A stretch of DNA of 48,272 nt from a bacterium (lineage in GTDB: Bacteria; Patescibacteriota; Microgenomatia; UBA1400; UBA12108), in assembly GCA_043809365.1 (NCBI GenBank), contig JAZDDW010000009.1:1-48272 (forward strand), written 5' to 3'. The notes under the pieces were generated by a model that was not told where the DNA came from, searched no databases, and was given only the letters and a program-made list of their open reading frames with translations. Positions 7,217 through 19,489 of the stretch are shown here, piece by piece (the first letter of the stretch is position 1; each line of letters starts with the position of its first letter). The position numbers and the translations under genes were made by a program.

Positions 7217-8613
7217 TGGGTTGCTCCTTGCCAAATTGGATCACATAAAGTTTGTCCACCGAACGTGATACATGCTCGGCACTGTACGGCGTAACTTCCA
7301 CATGCCACAATCGTCAACTCGGCTGTCGCATCGGTTTTGTTCGTCAAAGTTTGCCAATTCCCTCCATTGAGATTGTAACGGAAACTGTATTTTAGCAAAC
7401 TCGCCCCCGCCACAGGTACTACTGCCCCCGCACAGGTAAATGTAATCTTGCTCCCCACTAGCGGACTGGCAACATCCTTGGTAATGCCCGTACACGACAT
7501 AGAATAGTTGGGACTACCTGATGGTGAGGGTGATGGTGATGGTGAGGGTGAGGGTGAGGGTGAGGGTGGGCGCGACGGCGAAGGACTAGGTGATGGCGAG
7601 GGAATAATTGTCGGTGGTTTGGAGAGTTTATCATCCCTACATCCACACCTCATGGTCTTTGTCTCAAAACCCTGTCCTGGTTTATCTATCTGCACCGTGC
7701 CACAAAAACAGCTCATGTCAAACCCACTTCCCACTAACTGATCCTGGCAACCTCCAGATAGATCATCAAACTTGTTAGCGCAAAAATAAATCTCCGTCCC
7801 TTCCCCATCATTGATCTTATCCGCGATTCCATCATTATCCCACTTTGGATCATCCGTAATCTGGCACAATCCATGGTCAAGTGTGTCTTTTGAAGCTGTT
7901 CCAACCTCATCACCGCAGTATCCGTCTCTGTCAAAACAATATGTATTCGTTCCGCAGTTGCATTTTTTACTATACCCGCCAGGGCACGTCCCATTGGTCG
8001 CTTTGACCCAGTTGGCCCCGTATGTTGGGTATTCTCCACATTTAGCCAGCTGTAAATCGTTACAGCCTCTGTTATTGGAAATATTACAGAATCCGCCACA
8101 TCCTGCGCAGTACTGTCCTCTTGCCGCCTCACACTTAGTTTTATCTTTAATTTCTAACCATTGAAGCGAATCATCATCAGGTTTGCATGTCCCCGACACT
8201 TTGCACTCCCCCGCTCGCCACACCAACTTTCCTCCCCGCAAACACCCATGACAAGAGCTTCGATCATAGCTATCGGTCAACACTCCCGCAATAATAGGGT
8301 CTATTTTTTGAAATTGGTTAGAATAATAGTAAAATCCCCCCAAAATCCCCGACACCAGGAGCACAAATCCCACCAAGAACGCCAGCACCTTCTGACCCTT
8401 CTTGGGTTTAGGTGGAATTGGTGCAGGTATTGATCCAACCCCTGGGGGAGGAGTAGAAATCGGAGTTGTCAAACCAAGAGGTAATTCTTCTGCCGGAGCC
8501 GCTAATGTTTGGCTAACCGTGTCCGAACCTGTCATAGCCGCATCCACCGCCTGTTGCGGATCGACAGTCGTCGAATCAAGAACACTTGGTTGGGGCACTA
8601 CATCATCTGCCAT
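7213..8613 (-). CDS. Type-II anchored, cysteine-rich surface protein with Pro-Ser linker and C-terminal beta domain
   Basis: A 75-aa cytoplasmic N-terminus precedes a TM helix (VLAFLVGFVLLVSGILGGFYYY). About 215 aa follow with roughly 30 Cys (CHGC, CAGCGGFC, CNCGTNTYC, CFC, CGC), then (PS)n, then a 100-aa domain. GAGGTA lies 7 nt upstream of the ATG. Confidence 0.7.
   Translation of the reverse strand: MADDVVPQPSVLDSTTVDPQQAVDAAMTGSDTVSQTLAAPAEELPLGLTTPISTPPPGVGSIPAPIPPKPKKGQKVLAFLVGFVLLVSGILGGFYYYSNQFQKIDPIIAGVLTDSYDRSSCHGCLRGGKLVWRAGECKVSGTCKPDDDSLQWLEIKDKTKCEAARGQYCAGCGGFCNISNNRGCNDLQLAKCGEYPTYGANWVKATNGTCPGGYSKKCNCGTNTYCFDRDGYCGDEVGTASKDTLDHGLCQITDDPKWDNDGIADKINDGEGTEIYFCANKFDDLSGGCQDQLVGSGFDMSCFCGTVQIDKPGQGFETKTMRCGCRDDKLSKPPTIIPSPSPSPSPSRPPSPSPSPSPSPSPSPSGSPNYSMSCTGITKDVASPLVGSKITFTCAGAVVPVAGASLLKYSFRYNLNGGNWQTLTNKTDATAELTIVACGSYAVQCRACITFGGQTLCDPIWQGATQ
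7523..7570. repeat. Hexanucleotide tandem repeat (ggtgaK) x8 encoding the (SP)n linker
   Basis: Sequence is ggtgag ggtgat ggtgat ggtgag x4 ggtggg. It also produces the spurious His/Pro-rich and Gly/Glu-rich shadow ORFs. Confidence 0.85.
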
Positions 8614-8635
8614 AATCGTTACCTCTATGTAAGCA

Positions 8636-8641
8636 TATAAT
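8636..8641 (+). promoter_or_regulatory. -10 box TATAAT, 6 nt upstream of ATG 8648 (leaderless candidate)
   Basis: Sequence is agcaTATAATcaacatATG. Confidence 0.5.
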
Positions 8642-8647
8642 CAACAT

Positions 8648-9742
8648 ATGTTCAAGGCTTTTCGCACTCTCACTGGCAAGACATTACCTCTCCCCTTGTT
8701 TTTCCCCGACGCTACCCACGGTGAAATCAGGCAACTTACTTGGGCAGATGTCAAGGCCACTGGCTTACCCGGGATCCTGGTCAACACTTTTCACCTTTTG
8801 CGTCTGGTTGGCACTCGCAAAACCATCTCTGCCGGTGGAATTCGCTCTCATCTCGGCTGGGAGGGAGATATAATCTCTGATTCAGGCGGATTTCAGATCA
8901 TGTCCATCGCAAAAAAAGGTGGAGGCAATAGCACTGTCACCGACGCCGGCGTGACCTTTACCCTTAATGGTCAAGCACACTACTTTACCCCAGAAGATTC
9001 GATTAAGTATCAACTTGCCATGCAAACTGATCTGATGGTGGTGCTTGATGACTTTACTCCCCCCAACGCTACCCATCAAGAAGCAGAGGAGACAGTCAGA
9101 CGCACCACGCTCTGGGCCAAGCGCTCTAGAGCGACATTTCTCTCCGAGTGTGACCGGTTAAATATCCCCCCCAGCCAAAGACCCTACTTAATCGGCGTTG
9201 TGCAGGGGGCCTATTTCGCCGATTTACGCCAAAGGAGTATCAAAGAATTGGTTGACATTGGCTTTGATGGTTATGGGTACGGCGGATGGCCCATGAAAGA
9301 TGGTAAATTTGACATTCACACCGCTCAACTATTAGCAGATAATTTGCCCAAAGACAGTCTGCTCTATGGTCTCGGGATCGGCAAGCCAGATGACATTGTG
9401 GCCTGCGTGAAACTGGGTTATCAAATTTTTGATTGTGTCTTACCCACCCGAGACGCTCGTCACTGCCGGCTGTATGTCTATACCGCCCCATCACTTTCTA
9501 CAATCAATCTCTTTGCGGAACGATTTTATGAGTATTACAATCCCCGCCAAGCCGCTCATTTAACAGAAAAATTTCCCGTGAGTCGTGCTTGTGATTGTGA
9601 ACTTTGTCAGACGTTTACTCGCGCTCAACTAGCCACCATGTGGCGCGCCCGCGACATCCGCGTTCTTCGCCTTGCGACCATCCACAATCTCCGTTTCTAC
9701 TCAATTCTCATGGAAAAGTTACAAAATAAACCTACCACCTAA
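8648..9742 (+). CDS. tgt: tRNA-guanine transglycosylase family protein (queuine tRNA-ribosyltransferase-like)
   Basis: Motifs SDSGGFQ, LDDF, GLGIGKPDDIV, FDCVLPTRDARH and the zinc site CDCELC...HNLRFY are present. The N-terminus is shorter than in E. coli Tgt. The 3' end overlaps rpsG convergently by 11 nt. Confidence 0.8.
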   Translation: MFKAFRTLTGKTLPLPLFFPDATHGEIRQLTWADVKATGLPGILVNTFHLLRLVGTRKTISAGGIRSHLGWEGDIISDSGGFQIMSIAKKGGGNSTVTDAGVTFTLNGQAHYFTPEDSIKYQLAMQTDLMVVLDDFTPPNATHQEAEETVRRTTLWAKRSRATFLSECDRLNIPPSQRPYLIGVVQGAYFADLRQRSIKELVDIGFDGYGYGGWPMKDGKFDIHTAQLLADNLPKDSLLYGLGIGKPDDIVACVKLGYQIFDCVLPTRDARHCRLYVYTAPSLSTINLFAERFYEYYNPRQAAHLTEKFPVSRACDCELCQTFTRAQLATMWRARDIRVLRLATIHNLRFYSILMEKLQNKPTT

Positions 9743-10208
9743 AATGAGCAAATGCCTTGTTCGCGTCTGCCATCCGGTGCACGTCATCGCGCTTCTTAAT
9801 CGTGCCACCCACATTGTTATAAGCGTCCATTACCTCTGCCGCCAATTTCTCTGCAAACGTATGGTACTCGCTATTACTCCGCTTCCCCGCGACCTCCACT
9901 AGCCAGCGGATCGAGAGCGCAAACTGTCTCCTGGGTGATACTGGCATTGGAACCTGGTAGGCCGCCCCTCCTATCCTCCGTGAGCGTACTTCCGTTTTTG
10001 GTTTGATGTTGGAAAGGGCTGCCAGCAATATATCTAGTGGCTTACTCTTCATTTTCTCTTCAATTATTTTCAGACATAGATACACTTGCTTTTCAGCCAC
10101 CGCTTTCTTCCCGTCCTGCATAATACAATTGATGAGTTTGGCCACTTCCAGTGAATTGTATTTGACATCTCCCTCGACTCTTTTGATGTTAGCTGGTTTG
10201 CTGCGCAT
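9732..10208 (-). CDS. rpsG: 30S ribosomal protein S7
   Basis: Motifs LINCIMQDGKKAVAEK and RRIGGAAYQVP are present. AGGAAA lies upstream of the ATG. Confidence 0.95.
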   Translation of the reverse strand: MRSKPANIKRVEGDVKYNSLEVAKLINCIMQDGKKAVAEKQVYLCLKIIEEKMKSKPLDILLAALSNIKPKTEVRSRRIGGAAYQVPMPVSPRRQFALSIRWLVEVAGKRSNSEYHTFAEKLAAEVMDAYNNVGGTIKKRDDVHRMADANKAFAHFRW

Positions 10209-10216
10209 ATTTTCCT

Positions 10217-10630
10217 TTATTTTTTGGGTCGCTTAGTCCCGTATTTAGAGCGGCTAGTCATGCGTTTTTCGACTCCCGCACTATCATACTTACCTCGGAC
10301 AATATGGTATTTTACGCCCGGTAAGTCTTTGACTCTACCGCCACGTACCAGTACTACCGAGTGTTCCGCTAAATTGTGTCCCTCACCCATTATGTAGGCC
10401 GTCACTTCTTGTTTATTGGACAGCCTCACCCGTGCCACCTTGCGCAAAGCCGAGTTGGGTTTCTTGGGCGTCATAGTTTTGACGATCGTACACACTCCCC
10501 GTTTTTGGGGGGAGGGGTACTCCACCATTTTGCGTTTGGTAGCATTATAGCCTTTACGCAGTGCCGAGCCCTTCCTTTTCTTGGATTTTGCGTGTCGGCC
10601 ATGGCGGACTAATTGATTAACTGTTGGCAT
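10217..10630 (-). CDS. rpsL: 30S ribosomal protein S12 (Bacillus-type, with the NKGYN...SSPQKRGVC insertion)
   Basis: Motifs [28 protein letters not shown] and [17 protein letters not shown] are present. Confidence 0.97.
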   Translation of the reverse strand: MPTVNQLVRHGRHAKSKKRKGSALRKGYNATKRKMVEYPSPQKRGVCTIVKTMTPKKPNSALRKVARVRLSNKQEVTAYIMGEGHNLAEHSVVLVRGGRVKDLPGVKYHIVRGKYDSAGVEKRMTSRSKYGTKRPKK

Positions 10631-10637
10631 AGATCTG

Positions 10638-14282
<3,645 letters not shown>

Positions 14283-14283
14283 G

Positions 14284-17200
14284 TTAGACTTCTCCTTCGG
14301 TTTTTTTGAGCTCTTCATCTGTTGGTTCTTCAATTTCATCTAAATCTTTGGTATCGTTTGGAGTACTCTTCGTCGCATCATCAGCTGGGTCATCAGTAGT
14401 AATCCCTGTCGCACTATTATCATCTACCAAAATTACTTTATCTTTCTCAATCTCCTCAATGCTTTCATCCGCAACCATGACTTCTTTTGGATCTACCGGG
14501 ATCACATCTAGCCCAAGCGAATTAAGTTCCTTGAGCAGTACCTTAAATGACTCTGGCACGGTCGATTCAGGAATTGCGGTACCTTTGACAATTGCTTCAA
14601 AAGCTTTAGCCCGTCCTACCAAATCATCTGATTTAATAGTCAGCATTTCTTGCAAGACATGAGCTGCTCGATGTGCCTCTAGTGCCCAGACCTCCATTTC
14701 TCCCAGTCGTTGCCCTCCCATTTGGGCTTTGCCACCCAATGGTTGTTGCGTCACTAGCGAGTATGGCCCAGTGCTTCTTGCATGAGTCTTATCCTCCACC
14801 ATGTGGATCAATTTCAAAATATAGCCAATCCCCACCGTTGTGGGGTTATCAAACGGTAACCCTGTTCTTCCGTCATACAAGATTGCCTTACCACTTGTAG
14901 GTAATCCAGCTTTCGCGAGTTCTCCCTCAATTACCGATTCGAGGAATGGCTCAAACACTGGGAGGGCTACTTTATATCCCAGCTTCTTGGCTGCCCATCC
15001 TAAGTGTGCTTCCAGTAGTTGTCCCAAGTTCATCCGTGCCAGGACCGAAAGGGGTGAGATAATAATGTCTACCGGTGTCCCATCGGGTAGGTATGGCATA
15101 TCCGCCGCTGGAATAATCCGCGAAATCACGCCTTTGTTCCCGTGGCGCCCTGCGAGCTTATCTCCCACCGTTACTTTGCGGATTTGGGCTACTTTAATCG
15201 TGACCGTTTTTAAGACTCCTGGATCAAGTTCATCACCTTCTTCCCGGTCAAGAGTAGCCACATCAATCACTGTTCCAGACTCGCCGTTACTCATACGCAA
15301 AGACGTGTCTCTAACTTCTCGGGCTTTTTCGCCAAAAATAGCGCGCAATAATCTCTCTTCTGCCGTCAATTCCGTCTCACCCTTGGGAGCAATTTTCCCC
15401 ACCAAAATATCGTTCCCCGTTACCTCCGCCCCCACAACCACGACTCCATCCTCACCCAAATTACGTAGATCATGTTCAGATACATTGGGGATATCTCTCG
15501 TCAACTCTTCCGCGCCAAGCTTGGTATCCATAATATCGGCTTGGTATTCATTGATGTGGATGGAGGTCAATACATCTTCTTTTACCAATTTATCCGAGAC
15601 GATAATCGCGTCTTCGTAGCCGAGCCCCATAAACGATGCATAGGCAATGACTAGATTACGGCCAAGCGCTAGTTCTCCCCCGTCCGATGCTGGTCCATCA
15701 ATCAATAGATCACCTACTTTAATTTTATCTCCCACCTTCACCACTGGTTTTTGGTTATAACAAGTCGAGTTAGCAGTACGATGGAACTTGATTAGGGTAT
15801 AGGTTTCTCGATTCCCCGTGTATGTCACGTGCTCACTATTATTTTTAGAAAAATACCCCTTGGCTTTTGTGGTTTCGCTTTTGTCCAACTCAATCACAAT
15901 GTTATTAGCGTCGACTTGAATCACGGTCCCCTTATGTAATGCCTTTACTACCCACCCCATCGATTCCGCGACCTCCCCTTCCATCCCTGTTCCCACAATG
16001 GGAGATTCTGGCGCGATCAAAGGTACGGCTTGGCACTGCATATGGGTACCCATCAGGGCACGGTTAGCTTCGTCGTGTGCAATAAAGGGGATCAGAGATG
16101 CCGACGTGCCCACCACTTGTCGTGGCACCACATCAATATACTGGACTTTAGAGACTGGCACTTCAATAAAGTTACCTCGATATCTAGCTGGTACCCATGG
16201 ATCAATGATCTCTCTCTTCCCGTTCATTGCGATTCCCGCATGTGTAATGTAGTAGTTTTGTTCATCGTCAGGTGGCAAGTACACCATTTCTTTGGTGACT
16301 TGCATCACCGTTTTCCCACCTTTTTTACTTTCCATGATCTTGTAATAGGGGGACTCCAAAAATCCGTATTCGTTGATCCGGCTATAGAGTGAAAGGTAAG
16401 TCACGAGACCAATGTTAGGACCCTCTGGTGAGCGAACCGGGCAAATCCGGCCATATTGACTAGAATTAATGTCTCGCATCGAGAAACTTGCCCGCTCTCT
16501 CGTCACTCCCCCCGTTCCCATCACCGATAGACGGCGCAAGTTATCAATTTCCGCCAAGGGGTTAGTTTGGTCTAAAATGGTCGACAGTCGATTACGACGG
16601 AAAAATTCAGAAATCGTGGCAATGACTGGACGAGCATTAATGAGTTGGACGGGAGTGGCTGACTCCTCTGGTTTTACGAGCGACATCTTCTCTTTAATTG
16701 ATCTCTCTAGACGGAGCAATCCTATTCGAAAAGCGGTAGCCCCGAGTAGCTCTCCCACTCGCCTCACTCGGCGATTACTCAAGTGATCAATATCATCGAC
16801 CGACCCCACACCATTTTGCAGTCCGATCAAATATTTAATAATGGCCACCAAATCGGCCTTTTGTAATACTTGATTATCGGGTTTGTTCTCCGTTGAAAGT
16901 CCCAATTTTTTGTTCAATTTGTATCTTCCGACTTTATCGAGATCGTATCGGCGTGGGTCAAAGAAACTCTGAAAAAAGAGGTTTTTCGCATTTTCTAAGA
17001 CTGCAGGTTCACCGGGTCTAATTTTATCGTACAAATCTAGGAGTGCCTCACTTTGGGTGTGGTTGGGATCTTTAGCCAAGGTAGCAAAAATATATTGGTG
17101 TTCATTATCTGTGTCGACTTCCTTAAACAGAGCCTTAATCTCCTCTTCATCTTCAATGCCCAGTGCTCGCAGAAGTGTAGTGACGTAAAATTTACGGTGA

Positions 17201-17739
17201 CGATCAATCTTGGCGGTAATGATGTCGCTTTTGCCCACTGCCATTTCTAGCCAACTTCCCCGCATCGGTCGTAGTTCGGCGCTGTAGAGTACTCGCCCCG
17301 TCGTGGGGTCAATCGATCCCGCATAAAATGCCCCAGGTGCTCTCACCAGTTGGTTGACTACTGCCCGCTCAATTCCCGAGACGATAAACGTTCCTCGCTC
17401 TGTCATTTTGGGGATGTCACCGAGGAAGACGTCTTGCTCCGTTTCGTCTCCCGTAATCTTGTTCACTAATTTGACCTTGACTCGCAGGGGCATGTCGTAA
17501 GTCAAACCTTTCTTTACGGCTTCTTCGGGATGGATCTTGGGAGTTTCAAAGTAGTGCGCGCCAAAGGACATTTCCCAGGTTTTCCCCGTGAAATCCTCAA
17601 TCGGACTAATTTCGGCTAAATATTTTTGGAGATCTCTTTGTAAAAATTGTTCGTACGATTCGCGTTGTACCCAAGTCAAGTCAAGTGGGGGTAAGGCCAA
17701 ATTTTCCTCTCCCCAATATAAACGTTTCGTCTTGGTCAT
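14284..17739 (-). CDS. rpoB: DNA-directed RNA polymerase subunit beta, with an acidic C-terminal extension of about 75 aa
   Basis: Motifs GDKLAGRHGNKGVIS and MNLGQLLE are present. ATG 17739 is preceded by GAGGTG 8 nt upstream. The track start at 17766 falls inside the predicted -10 box. Confidence 0.96.
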   Translation of the reverse strand: MTKTKRLYWGEENLALPPLDLTWVQRESYEQFLQRDLQKYLAEISPIEDFTGKTWEMSFGAHYFETPKIHPEEAVKKGLTYDMPLRVKVKLVNKITGDETEQDVFLGDIPKMTERGTFIVSGIERAVVNQLVRAPGAFYAGSIDPTTGRVLYSAELRPMRGSWLEMAVGKSDIITAKIDRHRKFYVTTLLRALGIEDEEEIKALFKEVDTDNEHQYIFATLAKDPNHTQSEALLDLYDKIRPGEPAVLENAKNLFFQSFFDPRRYDLDKVGRYKLNKKLGLSTENKPDNQVLQKADLVAIIKYLIGLQNGVGSVDDIDHLSNRRVRRVGELLGATAFRIGLLRLERSIKEKMSLVKPEESATPVQLINARPVIATISEFFRRNRLSTILDQTNPLAEIDNLRRLSVMGTGGVTRERASFSMRDINSSQYGRICPVRSPEGPNIGLVTYLSLYSRINEYGFLESPYYKIMESKKGGKTVMQVTKEMVYLPPDDEQNYYITHAGIAMNGKREIIDPWVPARYRGNFIEVPVSKVQYIDVVPRQVVGTSASLIPFIAHDEANRALMGTHMQCQAVPLIAPESPIVGTGMEGEVAESMGWVVKALHKGTVIQVDANNIVIELDKSETTKAKGYFSKNNSEHVTYTGNRETYTLIKFHRTANSTCYNQKPVVKVGDKIKVGDLLIDGPASDGGELALGRNLVIAYASFMGLGYEDAIIVSDKLVKEDVLTSIHINEYQADIMDTKLGAEELTRDIPNVSEHDLRNLGEDGVVVVGAEVTGNDILVGKIAPKGETELTAEERLLRAIFGEKAREVRDTSLRMSNGESGTVIDVATLDREEGDELDPGVLKTVTIKVAQIRKVTVGDKLAGRHGNKGVISRIIPAADMPYLPDGTPVDIIISPLSVLARMNLGQLLEAHLGWAAKKLGYKVALPVFEPFLESVIEGELAKAGLPTSGKAILYDGRTGLPFDNPTTVGIGYILKLIHMVEDKTHARSTGPYSLVTQQPLGGKAQMGGQRLGEMEVWALEAHRAAHVLQEMLTIKSDDLVGRAKAFEAIVKGTAIPESTVPESFKVLLKELNSLGLDVIPVDPKEVMVADESIEEIEKDKVILVDDNSATGITTDDPADDATKSTPNDTKDLDEIEEPTDEELKKTEGEV

Positions 17740-17765
17740 GAAATCACACCTCGTATTTGCCACCA

Positions 17766-17771
17766 ACTATA
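17766..17771 (-). promoter_or_regulatory. -10 box TATAGT for rpoB, giving a leader of about 20 nt containing GAGGTG
   Basis: The minus strand reads tttTATAGTtggtggcaaatacGAGGTGtgatttcATG. Confidence 0.4.
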
Positions 17772-17800
17772 AAAATGGACGTACAGTCTCTTCGTACGCC
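17769..17800 (-). terminator. Rho-independent terminator after the HEPN/NTase pair
   Basis: The minus strand reads GGCGTAC-gaagagact-GTACGtCC followed by ATTTTTAT: 5 Watson-Crick pairs plus 2 GC pairs with a 1-nt bulge. Confidence 0.5.
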
Positions 17801-17838
17801 CAACAAAGCACCGCGGGCAAGAGAGTATTTAAACACAA

Positions 17839-18171
17839 CTAAAGTGGAACGTCAATACCATATTTACGGACCTCACTAGCCAAGGTGTCGTACTTATTCA
17901 TTAAATCCCGTGGACTCATGGGGTGAGCTTCGATATCGATAGTCGAATCATTTGTAAGATGAGTGAGAGTAATCATGGAATCCCAGTGACTATCGTGGAA
18001 GCTGGGAGAAACTACACAAACATCAATGTCGCTATCTTTGTGGGCAATTCCCTTGGCGTGAGAGCCAAATACGATGTACTTTTGCACGGGAATTTTTGCT
18101 TGCTCAACTTGTTTAGCGAAGAGCTTAACTTGATCTAGTACTTGTTTACTTAACTTTGTTTTTTTAGCCAT
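17839..18171 (-). CDS. Minimal nucleotidyltransferase (MNT/MntA-like) protein
   Basis: VFGSHAKG...DSDIDVCVV gives the GSxxxG...DxD NTase signature in a 110-aa protein. It overlaps the HEPN gene by 22 nt. Confidence 0.8.
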   Translation of the reverse strand: MAKKTKLSKQVLDQVKLFAKQVEQAKIPVQKYIVFGSHAKGIAHKDSDIDVCVVSPSFHDSHWDSMITLTHLTNDSTIDIEAHPMSPRDLMNKYDTLASEVRKYGIDVPL

Positions 18172-18536
18172 AACAAAAAGTCCTTAATAATTTTGATCCA
18201 TCTGATGGTGAATGATCTTGTCGCTTGTTTATAAAATGTGTGTTTGTAATCTTCGTAGCGAGCATTAATATTGAATTTAGTAATTTCTTTCAAATTTTTA
18301 ATTTGATCAACAGATAATTTTAAACCTAATTTTTTGGCTAATTTGTATAGATCATGGATGGTGGGAGCTGAATCATCAAAATTTTCAACCAATCTTGCCT
18401 TGAGTTGTTTCTCGACAACCAATTGCCAGATGAATAGTGACCAAGTATATTTTTTGGCACGAAAAAGATCCTCAGCAGTTTCTTGATCGTTTTTGGCTGA
18501 TTCGAGCCAATATTTGATCACATTCTCTTTATCCAT
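18150..18536 (-). CDS. HEPN domain protein (HepT-like toxin candidate)
   Basis: 128 aa, all-helical. The motif NARYEDYKH matches Rx4-6H. Confidence 0.75.
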   Translation of the reverse strand: MDKENVIKYWLESAKNDQETAEDLFRAKKYTWSLFIWQLVVEKQLKARLVENFDDSAPTIHDLYKLAKKLGLKLSVDQIKNLKEITKFNINARYEDYKHTFYKQATRSFTIRWIKIIKDFLLWLKKQS

Positions 18537-18542
18537 AGCCGT

Positions 18543-18551
18543 AGTATAGCA
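18543..18551 (-). promoter_or_regulatory. Extended -10 TGcTATACT, 6 nt upstream of the HEPN ATG (leaderless candidate)
   Basis: The minus strand reads ttTGcTATACTacggctATG. Confidence 0.55.
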
Positions 18552-18568
18552 AATCGAGTAAAGCTCGT

Positions 18569-19489
18569 TTATTTTATGTATTTAGCGATGTTGGCGGAAT
18601 GGGCAGCGGAAGTTACGGCGTAGTGGATGTTGCCCTCTTTGTCGTGGAGATAGAACCAGTAAGGGGAGTCGGTCGGGTTCTGCACTGCCCGGATTGAATC
18701 TAGTCCAGGATTACCAATGGGGGAGGGAGGTAGACCAGTGTGGAGATAAGTATTAAAAGGAGAGGGGAGTTTACGATCTAAGAGGGTTGTCTTGGGCCAC
18801 CACTCCCCTGGCTTACCCAAAAAATACTGTACCGTGGCATCCAGTTCTAGCGCCCACCCAGCCGCTAAACGTTTCTTGAGTATTCCTGCCACAATCGGTT
18901 TCTCCTCGCTTGCCCTAGTCTCTCGCTCCACCAGTGAGGCCAGGATCAGTGTCTTTTGCTCAACTTGTCCCGCTTTTTTCACAAAATTATCGTGCATGAT
19001 AACGACTAGTTCTTCTGCTCCAATATCCTCCTTCACAAAATATGTATCTGGAAATAACTGTCCCTCCAGCCCTTTAGCCACTACCAAAAATTCTTTAATC
19101 GGAATTCCTGCGGTCTCGGCAATCTGCTCTGCCCGATATCCTTCGGGGATTGTGAGCTTGCGGTCAACGGCTAACCCCTTGGTCAAAAGCAACGCGACTT
19201 GACTAGGGTGTGCTGTCGGCGAAATCTGATAAATCCCTGCCTGGATCGTCAGTTTTTGCTGGCGCACAATGTAACGAAAATAGAGCGGAGAGCGCAAAAG
19301 TCCCGCCTCTTCCAAATGAGCACCCACAGCCTTAACACTTTCTCCCTTTTTCACCTCAAAACTCTGGAGATCACCTTCCCTTGCCACCGGCCAAGTCAGA
19401 GCATAACCATAAATACTTACGCCAAAGAGTAAGATCAGGCTAAACTTCGCTAAACAACGCCCGATGGTAAATCTTGGTTTTTTTATCAT
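18569..19489 (-). CDS. mltG: Endolytic murein transglycosylase MltG (YceG family)
   Basis: An N-terminal TM helix is followed by LTIPEGYRAEQIA, LFPDTYFV, LASLVERET, NTYLHTGLPPSPIGNPG and YWFYL. Confidence 0.9.
   Translation of the reverse strand: MIKKPRFTIGRCLAKFSLILLFGVSIYGYALTWPVAREGDLQSFEVKKGESVKAVGAHLEEAGLLRSPLYFRYIVRQQKLTIQAGIYQISPTAHPSQVALLLTKGLAVDRKLTIPEGYRAEQIAETAGIPIKEFLVVAKGLEGQLFPDTYFVKEDIGAEELVVIMHDNFVKKAGQVEQKTLILASLVERETRASEEKPIVAGILKKRLAAGWALELDATVQYFLGKPGEWWPKTTLLDRKLPSPFNTYLHTGLPPSPIGNPGLDSIRAVQNPTDSPYWFYLHDKEGNIHYAVTSAAHSANIAKYIK

Noticed and set aside
7217-7234. N-terminal extensions in the ORF track (starts at 7234, 22854, 31409 and 32609, and the Met-extended 737, 3466, 14339, 17766, 20063, 35922, 39426, 39758 and 42827).
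   Set aside because: The first four are TTG codons rendered as M. All of these extensions overlap the upstream gene or run through predicted promoter, SD or terminator elements. In-frame ATGs with SD, ATGA-overlap or -10 spacing support were preferred.
6874-7570. Possible CRISPR array or non-coding satellite, suggested by the tandem repeats.
   Set aside because: The repeats are in frame within two ORFs and encode Ser-Pro linkers. There is no repeat-spacer periodicity and there are no cas genes anywhere in the window.
7458-7741. A His/Pro-rich ORF (HPHPHPHPHHHHHPHH, 7458..7646) and a Gly/Glu/Asp-rich ORF (GEGDGDGEGEGEGEG, 7508..7741).
   Set aside because: Both are alternative-frame or antisense readings of the (ggtgaK)n hexamer repeat that encodes the Ser-Pro linker of the 466-aa surface protein.
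8648-9742. The Tgt-family gene considered as a DpdA-like DNA-modification (7-deazaguanine) enzyme.
   Set aside because: The N-terminus is shorter than in E. coli Tgt. However, no dpd or queuosine-salvage partners are adjacent, and the tRNA-type catalytic and zinc motifs are all present. This cannot be distinguished without a phylogeny, so it is kept as tgt-family.
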